64,000 bases of DNA from the NCBI GenBank assembly GCA_011056555.1, contig DSEQ01000021.1, forward strand, positions 1 through 64,000, written 5' to 3'. The DNA comes from Candidatus Zixiibacteriota bacterium. Lineage in GTDB: Bacteria > Zixibacteria > MSB-5A5 > JAABVY01. Under the pieces are notes generated by a model. That model had not been told where the DNA came from. It saw only the letters and a program-made list of their open reading frames with translations, and did not search any database. Shown piece by piece: positions 29,805-38,566 of this stretch; the stretch's first letter is position 1, and every line of letters begins with the position of its first letter. The position numbers and the translations under genes are program-made.

Positions 29805-31229
29805 CTACCGGCCCCAGACGCCAGCCTGCTTAATGTTTGTCAATAGGTGAAATGCTCCCGACGATGCATCGGTCTGGTCTGACACACAGCCCTCTGAGCC
29901 GTCAAAGTTCTCGAGTTCATTTAGATAGGCATCATTCCAGCCCGCTCTCACGAGCTTAATATTGCCGGCTTCGGCCTGGGCCGACAATGGCCGGGCCCGG
30001 ATGCCCTTGGCCTCGCGTACCGGATTTAAAACCACGCTGTAGCCGGCCAGAAGCCTGGCGTAGCCGAGAGCCTCTGCCTTACCGGCCTGCCCAGGATCCT
30101 GCTCGATCCCGACCTTGACCTTATGGCCATCCTGGGAAGCTACGTTTTTGATAGTCTCCTCGACTTTCATGGGGCTCCCCTGGAAGCGGCAAATATCGGT
30201 CACGTAGAAAATTCCCCTGCTGTCCCTGCCAATCCTCACGCCCGCGGTCCAGGAAGCCTTTTTCTCCTGGCCTGGCTTGGTCTCGGTCGCAGCTCTGTCC
30301 CAGTAGCGTATTTCCTCCTCCAGGGCGGGGGCCGCATTCACAATTTCAAACCAGGGCCGCTGGAAAAAATTGCCGGCTGTCTCCCGTATGTTCCAGTTGC
30401 CACGGAGCAGACGTTCGCGATCAACCTTCTGAAGGGCCTGCAGGTTGGCTATATATCCGGGATTCCGTTTGAGCAGTATTTTGTTGTCGTAGACTGAAGA
30501 GGGTATAAAGGTGCAGGATTTGGGATCACAATCTGACCCGAATTTCTTTTTAAGCTCCTCGGGACTGTCACCCCAGTGGATCTCATTGCTCACGTTGACC
30601 ATGTAGCGGATTTTACCCGACCGCTTTTCAATGGCGAAGCCCGTATCATCATCGATCCACCAGCGCAGAAACTCCCGCAGCCAGCAGTCCGGGTCCGGAT
30701 TGCAGGTCATGCGCATATAGGGGCTGACACGGCAGGTCGAGCGGTTTCGGCTGAACATATAAGCGATCTGGCTCCAGCTGAAGGACTCAGCCTGGTCAAA
30801 TCCAATCAGCGTTATCTGTGAACCGTCCCAGTTATGTTTATCGTTTTCATGCTGCATGTGGGCAAAGCGGATCTTCGACCTGGCCGGGAAGCGCCAGTCC
30901 AGATAACCTTCTCTGGCCACCCCGCGCCAGTGCGGATACATGCTCAAAGATTCATCCCACAGGCCCCCCTCTGCCCTGATCTGAGTATATTCCCGCCTGA
31001 ATATAACCGCACCATAGTTCGAAACTTCGACCCAGCGGAGCGCTTCATACAAAAGAGCCCAGGTCTTGCCACCGCCGGCAGCCCCACCATAAATGGCTAT
31101 GTCCGCAGGTGTTTTCAAAAACTCTTCCTGCGGTCCCGGCTGTGGGGAATATCGGATGACCTCCCGTTGGTCAGCCATGGCGGCTCCGAGGATCATGAAT
31201 ATGGCAGTCAAAATCAGGCATTTTTTCAT
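29805..31229 (-). CDS. terL: terminase large subunit
   Basis: Walker A GGAAGGGKT; size; ATGA overlap with terS. N-terminal 18 residues are hydrophobic. Confidence 0.7.
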   Translation of the reverse strand: MKKCLILTAIFMILGAAMADQREVIRYSPQPGPQEEFLKTPADIAIYGGAAGGGKTWALLYEALRWVEVSNYGAVIFRREYTQIRAEGGLWDESLSMYPHWRGVAREGYLDWRFPARSKIRFAHMQHENDKHNWDGSQITLIGFDQAESFSWSQIAYMFSRNRSTCRVSPYMRMTCNPDPDCWLREFLRWWIDDDTGFAIEKRSGKIRYMVNVSNEIHWGDSPEELKKKFGSDCDPKSCTFIPSSVYDNKILLKRNPGYIANLQALQKVDRERLLRGNWNIRETAGNFFQRPWFEIVNAAPALEEEIRYWDRAATETKPGQEKKASWTAGVRIGRDSRGIFYVTDICRFQGSPMKVEETIKNVASQDGHKVKVGIEQDPGQAGKAEALGYARLLAGYSVVLNPVREAKGIRARPLSAQAEAGNIKLVRAGWNDAYLNELENFDGSEGCVSDQTDASSGAFHLLTNIKQAGVWGR

Positions 31230-31723
31230 CGTACATCGCTCTCCTCAGGCAGCAGCTCGCGTCCGTTGGGAGGCATATAAGCGTGTATCACGGGGGGATT
31301 TAAAGGGGTTCCGTCCGGTCCAGAATGCTCAAGGGCATGGCGATCATGCCAATCCTGGGACTTACGGTTCTTGAGATAGAAAATGATGGCTGTTACATCC
31401 GGCGCGATCTGCTTCTTGATGCGCTTGGTCCGGGTGCCTGTGATTTCGCCTTCTTTGTTTTTGGTGACAGATTCTTCGACTTCCTCATACCTGTATCCCA
31501 TAGCCCGTTTAAAAAGGGCATTCTCGACTAAGGCATCGGCGTCGGACTTGCCGGTTTTTAATGCTGACCAAAGTGTCCTGTGATCTTTCATGTAGCGCCG
31601 GAAGGTGGTGTAGCCAATGCCGAGGTTCTCGGCGATTTCCTTGTCGGTTAAGCCGCTGCGCTTCCAGGCTCGGATGGTGTCGATACGATCCTTGACGTGA
31701 GATTCCCATTTTCCGTTAGGCAT
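31226..31723 (-). CDS. terS: terminase small subunit
   Basis: HTH LTDKEIAENLGIGYTTFRRYM; position upstream of terL. Confidence 0.5.
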   Translation of the reverse strand: MPNGKWESHVKDRIDTIRAWKRSGLTDKEIAENLGIGYTTFRRYMKDHRTLWSALKTGKSDADALVENALFKRAMGYRYEEVEESVTKNKEGEITGTRTKRIKKQIAPDVTAIIFYLKNRKSQDWHDRHALEHSGPDGTPLNPPVIHAYMPPNGRELLPEESDVR

Positions 31724-31904
31724 AGCTCGAACTTCCTCTTGCCGCCATCATCTTCCTCTGAATCTTAATCCGGTGTGCGGGTTTTAAGTTTTTCCCACAC
31801 ACCGGCAACCTTTTCACAAGGAGGAACCTATGATATGCGCAGGTAAGAAGCTCTATTGTTTGGAGAGTTACAATGACCCGTTACCATTGATGACATCATT
31901 TGTT

Positions 31905-31916
31905 GTCATTAATGAC
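31905..31916. promoter_or_regulatory. perfect 12-bp palindrome GTCATTAATGAC in the terS-divergent intergenic region
   Basis: Self-complementary 12-mer; flanked by a repeated TGACATC; AT-rich divergent promoter region. Confidence 0.25.
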
Positions 31917-32119
31917 ATCGCAGAAGAATCAAATATTGAAACAAGAATGCAACGCCAAGTATCCGTAATTGCATGGATGATAACAACTTGCTGTCAACCG
32001 AAACAATTTAAGGAAAAATGTGTTTAAATAATCGGAAGGAATCTAAATGAACTAACGGAAAAGTTCTTGACATTCATGAGCCAAGAGCCGATATAAACCT
32101 ACAGACGGGATTGGGGACG

Positions 32120-32374
32120 ATGAACGATATAAGGAACAGTCTGACATTTCGATTATTTGCTTTGCCGTCTTTCACAGAGGGAATGGCAAGAATTTTCGAT
32201 TTTAATGGATTCTTGCAGGTTTATAATGTAAGCAGGACTCCCGAAGATGCAGATTTCGAAGCCATTTCGAATGATTGGCGAGTGACAGGGTGGGATATAA
32301 AGCAGGCAATGGATGAATATGGGCAAAAGGAAAAGGAAGAGCAAGAAGACAAAGAGAGCGCAAAAACAAAATAA
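32120..32374 (+). CDS. hypothetical protein (plus-strand moron)
   Basis: ATG at 32120 (ORF track begins at a TTG at 32111). Confidence 0.3.
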   Translation: MNDIRNSLTFRLFALPSFTEGMARIFDFNGFLQVYNVSRTPEDADFEAISNDWRVTGWDIKQAMDEYGQKEKEEQEDKESAKTK

Positions 32375-32804
32375 TGGCCAAATTCAGAGCTATGGGCCAG
32401 ACTCCCCAAATATTTCTCCCCCCCTTATAGGTACTGCCGGATTTAGAGCGGAAAGTTTCAGCGGCCCAATACCACATCCAAAGATCCTGGAACAATATGA
32501 TAACATAGTTCCCGGCTCTGCAGATCGAATAATAGAAATGGCTGAGACCCAAGCTGCCCATCGCCAAGACCTTGAGCGCAGAGTAGTTAAATCTGATATT
32601 TTCAATTCCCGTTTGGGACTGATCTTCGGATTTGTTATCGCTCTATGCTTCATTTGTGGTTCAGCCTATCTACTTTACAATGATAAGACTACCGAGGGGT
32701 TTCTTATGGGAGGAGTGACGCTCTTCTCGCTCGTTGGAGTATTTGTTTATGGATCTCAGCAACGGCGCAAAGAGAGAGAAACCAAGGCATCCATGGAACC
32801 ATAA
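32313..32804 (+). CDS. DUF2335-like membrane protein
   Basis: PHPKILEQYDNIVPGSADRII then two TM segments LIFGFVIALCFICGSAYLLY and FLMGGVTLFSLVGVFVY. Confidence 0.35.
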   Translation: MNMGKRKRKSKKTKRAQKQNNGQIQSYGPDSPNISPPLIGTAGFRAESFSGPIPHPKILEQYDNIVPGSADRIIEMAETQAAHRQDLERRVVKSDIFNSRLGLIFGFVIALCFICGSAYLLYNDKTTEGFLMGGVTLFSLVGVFVYGSQQRRKERETKASMEP

Positions 32805-32871
32805 GATAAGAGAAATATTTATAAAGAACCAGGTGAAATCTGCCGAGCGCTTCTCTTTTCGGATGGGCCTA

Positions 32872-33045
32872 TCAGCAGTCATAAATAATACCCAGTATTC
32901 GCCTCTCACTCAAGTCGTATTTCTTGGCGAGGTCTCGGGCAATCTTTCTCACCGGCTGGTCCGGATTTTTTCTGATCTTTCCCTCAAATTCGGCCACAAT
33001 TTTGTCATTTCTGAGTTGAATTTCCTTGCTCGGCTTGCCTGCCAT
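32872..33045 (-). CDS. small HTH DNA-binding protein (57 aa)
   Basis: Hand translation MAGKPSKEIQLRNDKIVAEFEGKIRKNPDQPVRKIARDLAKKYDLSERRILGIIYDC; HTH-like IARDLAKKYDLSERRI; below the ORF-track cut-off. Confidence 0.3.
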   Translation of the reverse strand: MAGKPSKEIQLRNDKIVAEFEGKIRKNPDQPVRKIARDLAKKYDLSERRILGIIYDC

Positions 33046-33125
33046 GAACATACCTCTTATTGTTTGGATTATCCAATAAACGGTTTTTTAACTTTGCCTT
33101 ACCCAGCTTCATTCTACTTGGCATT

Positions 33126-33533
33126 TCAGATTTCCTCTACCCTTATCAACGCCCCCGGTTCCTGCCCAGGAAGACAATAGGTCTTGAACGATCCTCCATC
33201 GGCAACGATAAAACGGTCGTCTTTCCACAGAAGCCCATTCAATGCATCAGCAGTGGCCTTGATCAGGTTATCCAGATCGCCGTCGGTCGGTGTGCATGGA
33301 AACCGCCACTTCGGTTTTCTTGGCCTCGGGAAATAAAACATGAAGGCCACGCGTAGAAATATTCCTGCCGGTAGCGGTGCCTTTTTCCAGGTATTTTGTG
33401 CGTACCGCCGGCAATATTCTTTCCAGGCCGCGGCCCCGGGGTGATAATTCGAAGCCCATGTTGACTTGAATTTGCGGGGCCTCTGCTGCGGTCGGGGCCA
33501 GCCTTCTATTTTGAAAGTCAAGAGTTCCGTCAA
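33126..33533 (-). CDS. rusA: RusA Holliday junction resolvase
   Basis: DGDLDNLIKATADALNGLLWKDDRFIV matches the RusA catalytic region. Confidence 0.6.
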   Translation of the reverse strand: MTELLTFKIEGWPRPQQRPRKFKSTWASNYHPGAAAWKEYCRRYAQNTWKKAPLPAGIFLRVAFMFYFPRPRKPKWRFPCTPTDGDLDNLIKATADALNGLLWKDDRFIVADGGSFKTYCLPGQEPGALIRVEEI

Positions 33534-33733
33534 ATCGGCTGACCCGCATCTTCATCGTAACTGAACGTGCACCGGGCTTTCTCAAATTCTTTCCAGACAA
33601 AGTTTCTTAAATGCTTCATGGCGTCCTCCGGCTCCTCATCTTCGCCGACGGCCGCCCGAGCTCCAATTCTTCGATGTTGGTAGTCTCCTAAATTTTTCAG
33701 TTCCGAATATTCGATCTCAATTACCTTCACCAT
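33530..33733 (-). CDS. hypothetical protein
   Basis: 67 aa, 4-nt overlap with rusA. Confidence 0.3.
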   Translation of the reverse strand: MVKVIEIEYSELKNLGDYQHRRIGARAAVGEDEEPEDAMKHLRNFVWKEFEKARCTFSYDEDAGQPI

Positions 33734-34079
33734 CTCATCCTTTCATCGGGCAGCCGGCGTTTATACCGACCGCCCTTGGACGTTTTTTGGTTGTTTTTGC
33801 ACTCACATCCGACGTGCTAATAAAACAAATATGGATTCAGAAAATATGCCTTTTTCAGACCATGGCATCACCTCCTTCAGACTTTGCATTATGATCTGGC
33901 CAGATCTCTCCCTCTCTGGCTGATTCAGGGTTCGTTTCAATCCACGCCCTCGCGAGGGGGGGGCAACAAGACAACCGCAAATACCTTTTCTCGAGCCAGA
34001 AAGCGGCCGCCATTGGCCGATCGATCTTTAGGGCGGTGTTAGGGGACATACATTGTCTTCCCAAGCCCTTCAGATCGTC

Positions 34080-35456
34080 TTAAAACATGTTTTCAACTTC
34101 AACATCTCCTCGCGAATATTCCTGATATTTTTCTTCCGGCTTATAGTCCAGGAAACGTGTATATTCCTTCTGAAATGTCATCTTGATCCTCCCCGTGGAT
34201 CCTCCCCGCGCCTTGGCGATATTGATAACAGCCAAATTGTGTGTAGCTACTGCATCATCACCAAAATGATAATATGGAATATTATGAAATTCAGGCCGGT
34301 AAATAAATATGACCCTGTCAGCGTCTTGCTCTATCGCACCCGAGTCTCTCAGATTATTTAATTGCGGTTCTGCCGAGCCGATCCTACTCAGCTGACTCAA
34401 GACTATGACCGGAACATTAACTGCTTTCGCTAACTGCTTCAGCGCCCTTGTGGTCCCGGCAACTCGCAAGTTCTGATTCTCGGCCCAGGCGTGAGTAATA
34501 AATTGCAGGTAATCAACTATTAGCAGTCTCAATCCATGTTGATTTTTATATCTCAAGGCCAGTGCATATAGGTTCGAGATTGTCAATTTATCGGGATCAT
34601 GTATAGCCAAAGGCATATTGGCAAATTCAGCGCCGGCTTTAATAATACTATCCTCGTCAGCCTTGGACAGGGAACCCCCGTAAATATCCTCAGAATTTAT
34701 CAGGGCTTTCGAACACAAGATCCGGATTGCAAGTTCGGTCTGCGTCATCTCGAGCGATTCAAATAAAACCTGATGTCCTTGTTGGGCCACGTTATCGGCA
34801 ATATTCAGGGCCAGCGTAGATTTGCCCTGGGAAGTTCCGGCTGCCAGGATAATGAGCTGTCCGGGCTGTAAATATCCGAGCTTTCTATCCAGGTCAATAT
34901 AGCCAGTCTTAACACCGACAACGTTTTCGTCTTTGTTCTTGTAGCTTTGGATCGCGTTCTCGGTCGGCTCCAATAACTCCGAGAACATCTTTGGATCCCG
35001 GGAACCATTATTGCCTACCAGGCCCAGTACATCAGTCGCAAATCTATTGGCCACATCAACCGCAGGATCGCCGGAAATACAGGCATCCTGCAGTTTCTTG
35101 CCAGCCATATAGAGTTCCCGAAGTTGATGGAAATTTGCCACCGTCTCAGCGTGATGCCTGATATTGGCAGCCGAGGCCACATGATCTGTGAGGGCGGATA
35201 AATAGGCTCTCCCTCCGGCTTTTTCAAGATCTCCCCTTTTGCTTAATTGATCGATGAGCGCGGTCAGGTCTATTCGGGTGTCATCCATCATCAGGTCAAT
35301 AGCTGCTTCGTATATCAGGCGGTGTTTCCGGTCATAAAATTCGCTGCCTTCCAGAAGATCGCAGACACCGTACACGGCATCTTTGAAATAAATCAAAGAA
35401 GACAAAATCGCCTTCTCGGTATCAAGACTGAATAGCTGTTTGTACTGCCTGGCCAT
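34080..35456 (-). CDS. dnaB: replicative DNA helicase DnaB
   Basis: Walker A AGTSQGKSTLALN, RecA-like core, N-terminal DnaB domain. Confidence 0.8.
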   Translation of the reverse strand: MARQYKQLFSLDTEKAILSSLIYFKDAVYGVCDLLEGSEFYDRKHRLIYEAAIDLMMDDTRIDLTALIDQLSKRGDLEKAGGRAYLSALTDHVASAANIRHHAETVANFHQLRELYMAGKKLQDACISGDPAVDVANRFATDVLGLVGNNGSRDPKMFSELLEPTENAIQSYKNKDENVVGVKTGYIDLDRKLGYLQPGQLIILAAGTSQGKSTLALNIADNVAQQGHQVLFESLEMTQTELAIRILCSKALINSEDIYGGSLSKADEDSIIKAGAEFANMPLAIHDPDKLTISNLYALALRYKNQHGLRLLIVDYLQFITHAWAENQNLRVAGTTRALKQLAKAVNVPVIVLSQLSRIGSAEPQLNNLRDSGAIEQDADRVIFIYRPEFHNIPYYHFGDDAVATHNLAVINIAKARGGSTGRIKMTFQKEYTRFLDYKPEEKYQEYSRGDVEVENMF

Positions 35457-35462
35457 GAATTT

Positions 35463-35951
35463 TTAATCCCCGCATGGTATCCACTGACCAATATTTTCAT
35501 ACCAGACCCAATTGCCATGCTCCGGTTTTGGTGGTCTGTCAGTGAAGCATTTTTCCCCAACTCCGTTCCTATCTACTCTTTCTACTCTACTCTGGTGTGA
35601 ATTTTGTACATCGGGGTTGGGAAATTTGCTCGTCCTTGAGGATTTTCCCCCGCCTTTAAGTCCTTGCCATTTCTGATAATTCTTGATTGTAATGACAAAA
35701 TTGTCGCCCTTCTGTTTGAGCAAAATTGCATTCTTGTTTCTGGCAATCGATAGCATTTTTGTAAGCGATCGACGGTCTGAGCCGACAACCTGAGACAAAA
35801 ATGTCATGCTCTTGACAAAAATGTCACCCGTGTCACCAGACAATTTTGCATAGACAATTAGCTGTAACCAGATTCCTCGTTGGGTACAATTAAGCGATTG
35901 AAACCAGTCATCATTGAAAATGTCAGTCCAGATTTTTGCAAAGATCGCCAT
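35463..35951 (-). CDS. phage replisome organiser-like protein
   Basis: N-terminal WF...NCTQRGIWLQLIVYAKL...SLTKMLSIARN resembles Phage_rep_org_N. Confidence 0.4.
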   Translation of the reverse strand: MAIFAKIWTDIFNDDWFQSLNCTQRGIWLQLIVYAKLSGDTGDIFVKSMTFLSQVVGSDRRSLTKMLSIARNKNAILLKQKGDNFVITIKNYQKWQGLKGGGKSSRTSKFPNPDVQNSHQSRVERVDRNGVGEKCFTDRPPKPEHGNWVWYENIGQWIPCGD

Positions 35952-36120
35952 GCTGTTCCTCCTCTATAATTGATCTAATTTTCTCTATCATTTCTTCCTG
36001 TCCTGCCCTCACTCCCTGGCCCCATGCCCTTGCAGGTGATTTTGGTAATCGATCCAGCTTTGCAATCCGGCTGATTCTAAGCTCCTGCTCATTGAGATAT
36101 TTCTGGATTTTGTCGATCAA
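35923..36120 (-). CDS. hypothetical small protein
   Basis: 65 aa. Confidence 0.25.
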   Translation of the reverse strand: MIDKIQKYLNEQELRISRIAKLDRLPKSPARAWGQGVRAGQEEMIEKIRSIIEEEQHGDLCKNLD

Positions 36121-36389
36121 AATTTACCCTCCAGGCCTCCGATGCCGGCCGCCAGGGCCTGATCAAAGGCCATCCTTTCATGATCTGCCGCGAGCCTTAC
36201 CTCCACATCACTTGGACAGTCTATGCCCTCTTCTCTTAACAAGCGCTTTAACTTGTTAATAGCCAGGATCTCGGATAATCCGGTTTCGACCACAGCTCGC
36301 CTTTCCCCTACCGGCCGGGCCACAGCCACCCATTCACCAAGCCTCTCGGACCTGAAATATTTGATCTCCCTTATGAATCTCTCCGCCAT
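36117..36389 (-). CDS. hypothetical protein
   Basis: 90 aa. Confidence 0.3.
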   Translation of the reverse strand: MAERFIREIKYFRSERLGEWVAVARPVGERRAVVETGLSEILAINKLKRLLREEGIDCPSDVEVRLAADHERMAFDQALAAGIGGLEGKF

Positions 36390-36398
36390 TTATCCTCC

Positions 36399-36656
36399 TC
36401 ATTCGAACATGTCCTGTTGATTTGGATCTGAAAAGTACTTATTCCAGAAATCCCTTACTACAGGGAGGCACCTTTCCTTGAATTCCCATTCATGGCTTTC
36501 CTCATCGTAGCTTCGATCCTCTATCTCGATATTGGCCTTAATTTCTTTTATGAATGCCTTACAGCTCTCCCAGTCGCGCTTCTCCCAGGTCAAACATATC
36601 TTGAAGTACCCGGCGGTCGGTCTGAATAAGGGCATTAAATATTCTCCGAATTCCAT
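36399..36656 (-). CDS. hypothetical protein
   Basis: 85 aa. Confidence 0.3.
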   Translation of the reverse strand: MEFGEYLMPLFRPTAGYFKICLTWEKRDWESCKAFIKEIKANIEIEDRSYDEESHEWEFKERCLPVVRDFWNKYFSDPNQQDMFE

Positions 36657-37021
36657 TTCTTCAATTCATCCATCCTGTAAAAGGCCGGGATCCCCAGCTC
36701 CCGAGCTTTCTCCAGTTCCTCGGCCAGCCCCTTCGAGTCAATATTTGCGGGATTGTCGACAACCTTTACGGCGGCCGATACCTCCATCCATGCTATCGAG
36801 TATTTGCGAATGGTCTCGAGGTCGATATTGCACCCAGGGTGCAGAAAGAATTGATAGTCCAGCCAGGGACAAAACGGTGCCATGCCGGCCTTGAGAATCT
36901 CGGTAGACTCCGCTATTCCGATTTGCATATTGCGAAAAATCTGCAAGATGTTGCTGCCTGAGTAGGCTCCAGCCATGTATATCCGCGTCATATTCTCAGC
37001 TGTCGAATTCACGGCTGCCAC
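36635..37021 (-). CDS. DUF4406 / nucleoside 2-deoxyribosyltransferase-like protein
   Basis: RIYMAGAYSG Rossmann-like start typical of DUF4406. Confidence 0.4.
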   Translation of the reverse strand: MAAVNSTAENMTRIYMAGAYSGSNILQIFRNMQIGIAESTEILKAGMAPFCPWLDYQFFLHPGCNIDLETIRKYSIAWMEVSAAVKVVDNPANIDSKGLAEELEKARELGIPAFYRMDELKKWNSENI

Positions 37022-37234
37022 CTTGCCTCCCCGCGCTCCTTATTTGCTTTCCCATCTTCATGCCCGCCCGATTGCAGATATCCGATGCGGATAGGCTGAA
37101 CCGTTTTGCGATAATATTAAGGATGTTGATGTCCGTAAGAACATCCCCCAATGTTCGAGCTTCCCTTCTGGTTAGCTTCAACCTCAAATGTCCTGCCATT
37201 TGCCTCCCTGCATAGAATTCCAATTTTCTTTTAT

Positions 37235-37357
37235 TTACCTCTTACTTAATTGCTTACACACGCCAATTATGACCAGCATAGGCAGTGCCAGCACCGCATA
37301 AATGCCGGCGATAACGAGCCACACCGCTGCAGCGACGATGCGGACCAGGGTGGTCAT
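37235..37357 (-). CDS. small single-TM protein (40 aa)
   Basis: MTTLVRIVAAAVWLVIAGIYAVLALPMLVIIGVCKQLSKR; ATGA overlap with the Gp37/Gp68 stop. Confidence 0.25.
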   Translation of the reverse strand: MTTLVRIVAAAVWLVIAGIYAVLALPMLVIIGVCKQLSKR

Positions 37358-38106
37358 TCCGGCAATTCCCTTCTCTTGATTGATTCTGGCCATTCGTTCA
37401 TGTTATGACTGATCTTCCCGTTGATTTCGACCTGCTTTACAAAGCATGGGGTCCAGCCCCACCGGCATTGATCGAGGATTTTATCAATCCATTCAGGATC
37501 GCATCCCCGGCGCCTTGGACCTGATTCGCAACCCACAAGTACCCAATCCAAATCTCGAACAATCGGAATTAAATCAATCTCTCCCAGCATTGGCTCTATA
37601 CTGACGAACTTCTTGGCAGCAGGAATCTGCATTAATATCGGAATGCGCTTATCGGCCTGTTCCTGATTCTCAGTGGTCACTCCCAGCCATATGTGATTAA
37701 GCCGGTCCGGAAAGCGATAGCGCATTCTGGGAAATATCTCCGCCATTCGTTCAGGCCTCTTTGTCAGGATTTGAAATACTGACTTCGAATTGTGGCCGAT
37801 CTCCCTAAAGATATCTGTCAGCCATTCCTCGGGAACATTCTCATGAAAGATATCTCCCATGCTTCCAATGAAGATCATCTTGCCGACAGGAGCTTTTCGT
37901 ATCTGCTCAAGTGCCGGTTTATGGAAAGCAGTCTGGCCGGTCCAACCGCGATCATCAACCACGGTTTGATATTGTGGCCTCCCCATCGCCTTCAATCGTT
38001 TTGCCATCTTCTCTGCATAGCAGTTCTGACAACCCGGGCTCACCTTGGTGCAGCCAACAATGGGATTTATGGTTATATCAGTCCATTCGATTTTGCTCTT
38101 TGCCAC
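37354..38106 (-). CDS. phage protein Gp37/Gp68 family (DUF5131)
   Basis: KIEWTDITINPIVGCTKVSPGCQNCYAE N-terminal signature. Confidence 0.6.
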   Translation of the reverse strand: MAKSKIEWTDITINPIVGCTKVSPGCQNCYAEKMAKRLKAMGRPQYQTVVDDRGWTGQTAFHKPALEQIRKAPVGKMIFIGSMGDIFHENVPEEWLTDIFREIGHNSKSVFQILTKRPERMAEIFPRMRYRFPDRLNHIWLGVTTENQEQADKRIPILMQIPAAKKFVSIEPMLGEIDLIPIVRDLDWVLVGCESGPRRRGCDPEWIDKILDQCRWGWTPCFVKQVEINGKISHNMNEWPESIKRRELPE

Positions 38107-38566
38107 CGCATGACCTTTCTGCCTCGAACTTTAATTCAGCTCCAATTTTCCTGATTTCATGGTCCGGGAATGCGAGCAGGTTGTCATAACCTATTGATAG
38201 AAATGGCCGACCAATATTCAGCTTGTAACGGCCATTTTTATCAGACACAATCAGGTCCGGTTTACTTGGATATATCTTATATTTGTCCGGGAATGCGTCG
38301 CGGCCCATTTCCTTCTTAAGATTGTACATATACCTGGCCTGACAATCTCCGCAATCAAACTGTTCTTTCCTCACCCATCCACTGGCATCTTCAAAAGCCC
38401 AATGTGATGTGACCACGGATTGATAAGCCAGCTTTGTCAAATACGAAAAACTCTTTGGGGTCAGATAGACATCTCGATTCAAGAAACGAACGTGATACCG
38501 AACGCTTTTGCCACTGCCTTTGCCAACATATTTGGGTTTTCCGATGACAAGTAAGACTTCACTCAC
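38078..38566 (-). CDS. hypothetical protein
   Basis: 162 aa. Confidence 0.35.
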   Translation of the reverse strand: MSEVLLVIGKPKYVGKGSGKSVRYHVRFLNRDVYLTPKSFSYLTKLAYQSVVTSHWAFEDASGWVRKEQFDCGDCQARYMYNLKKEMGRDAFPDKYKIYPSKPDLIVSDKNGRYKLNIGRPFLSIGYDNLLAFPDHEIRKIGAELKFEAERSCGGKEQNRMD

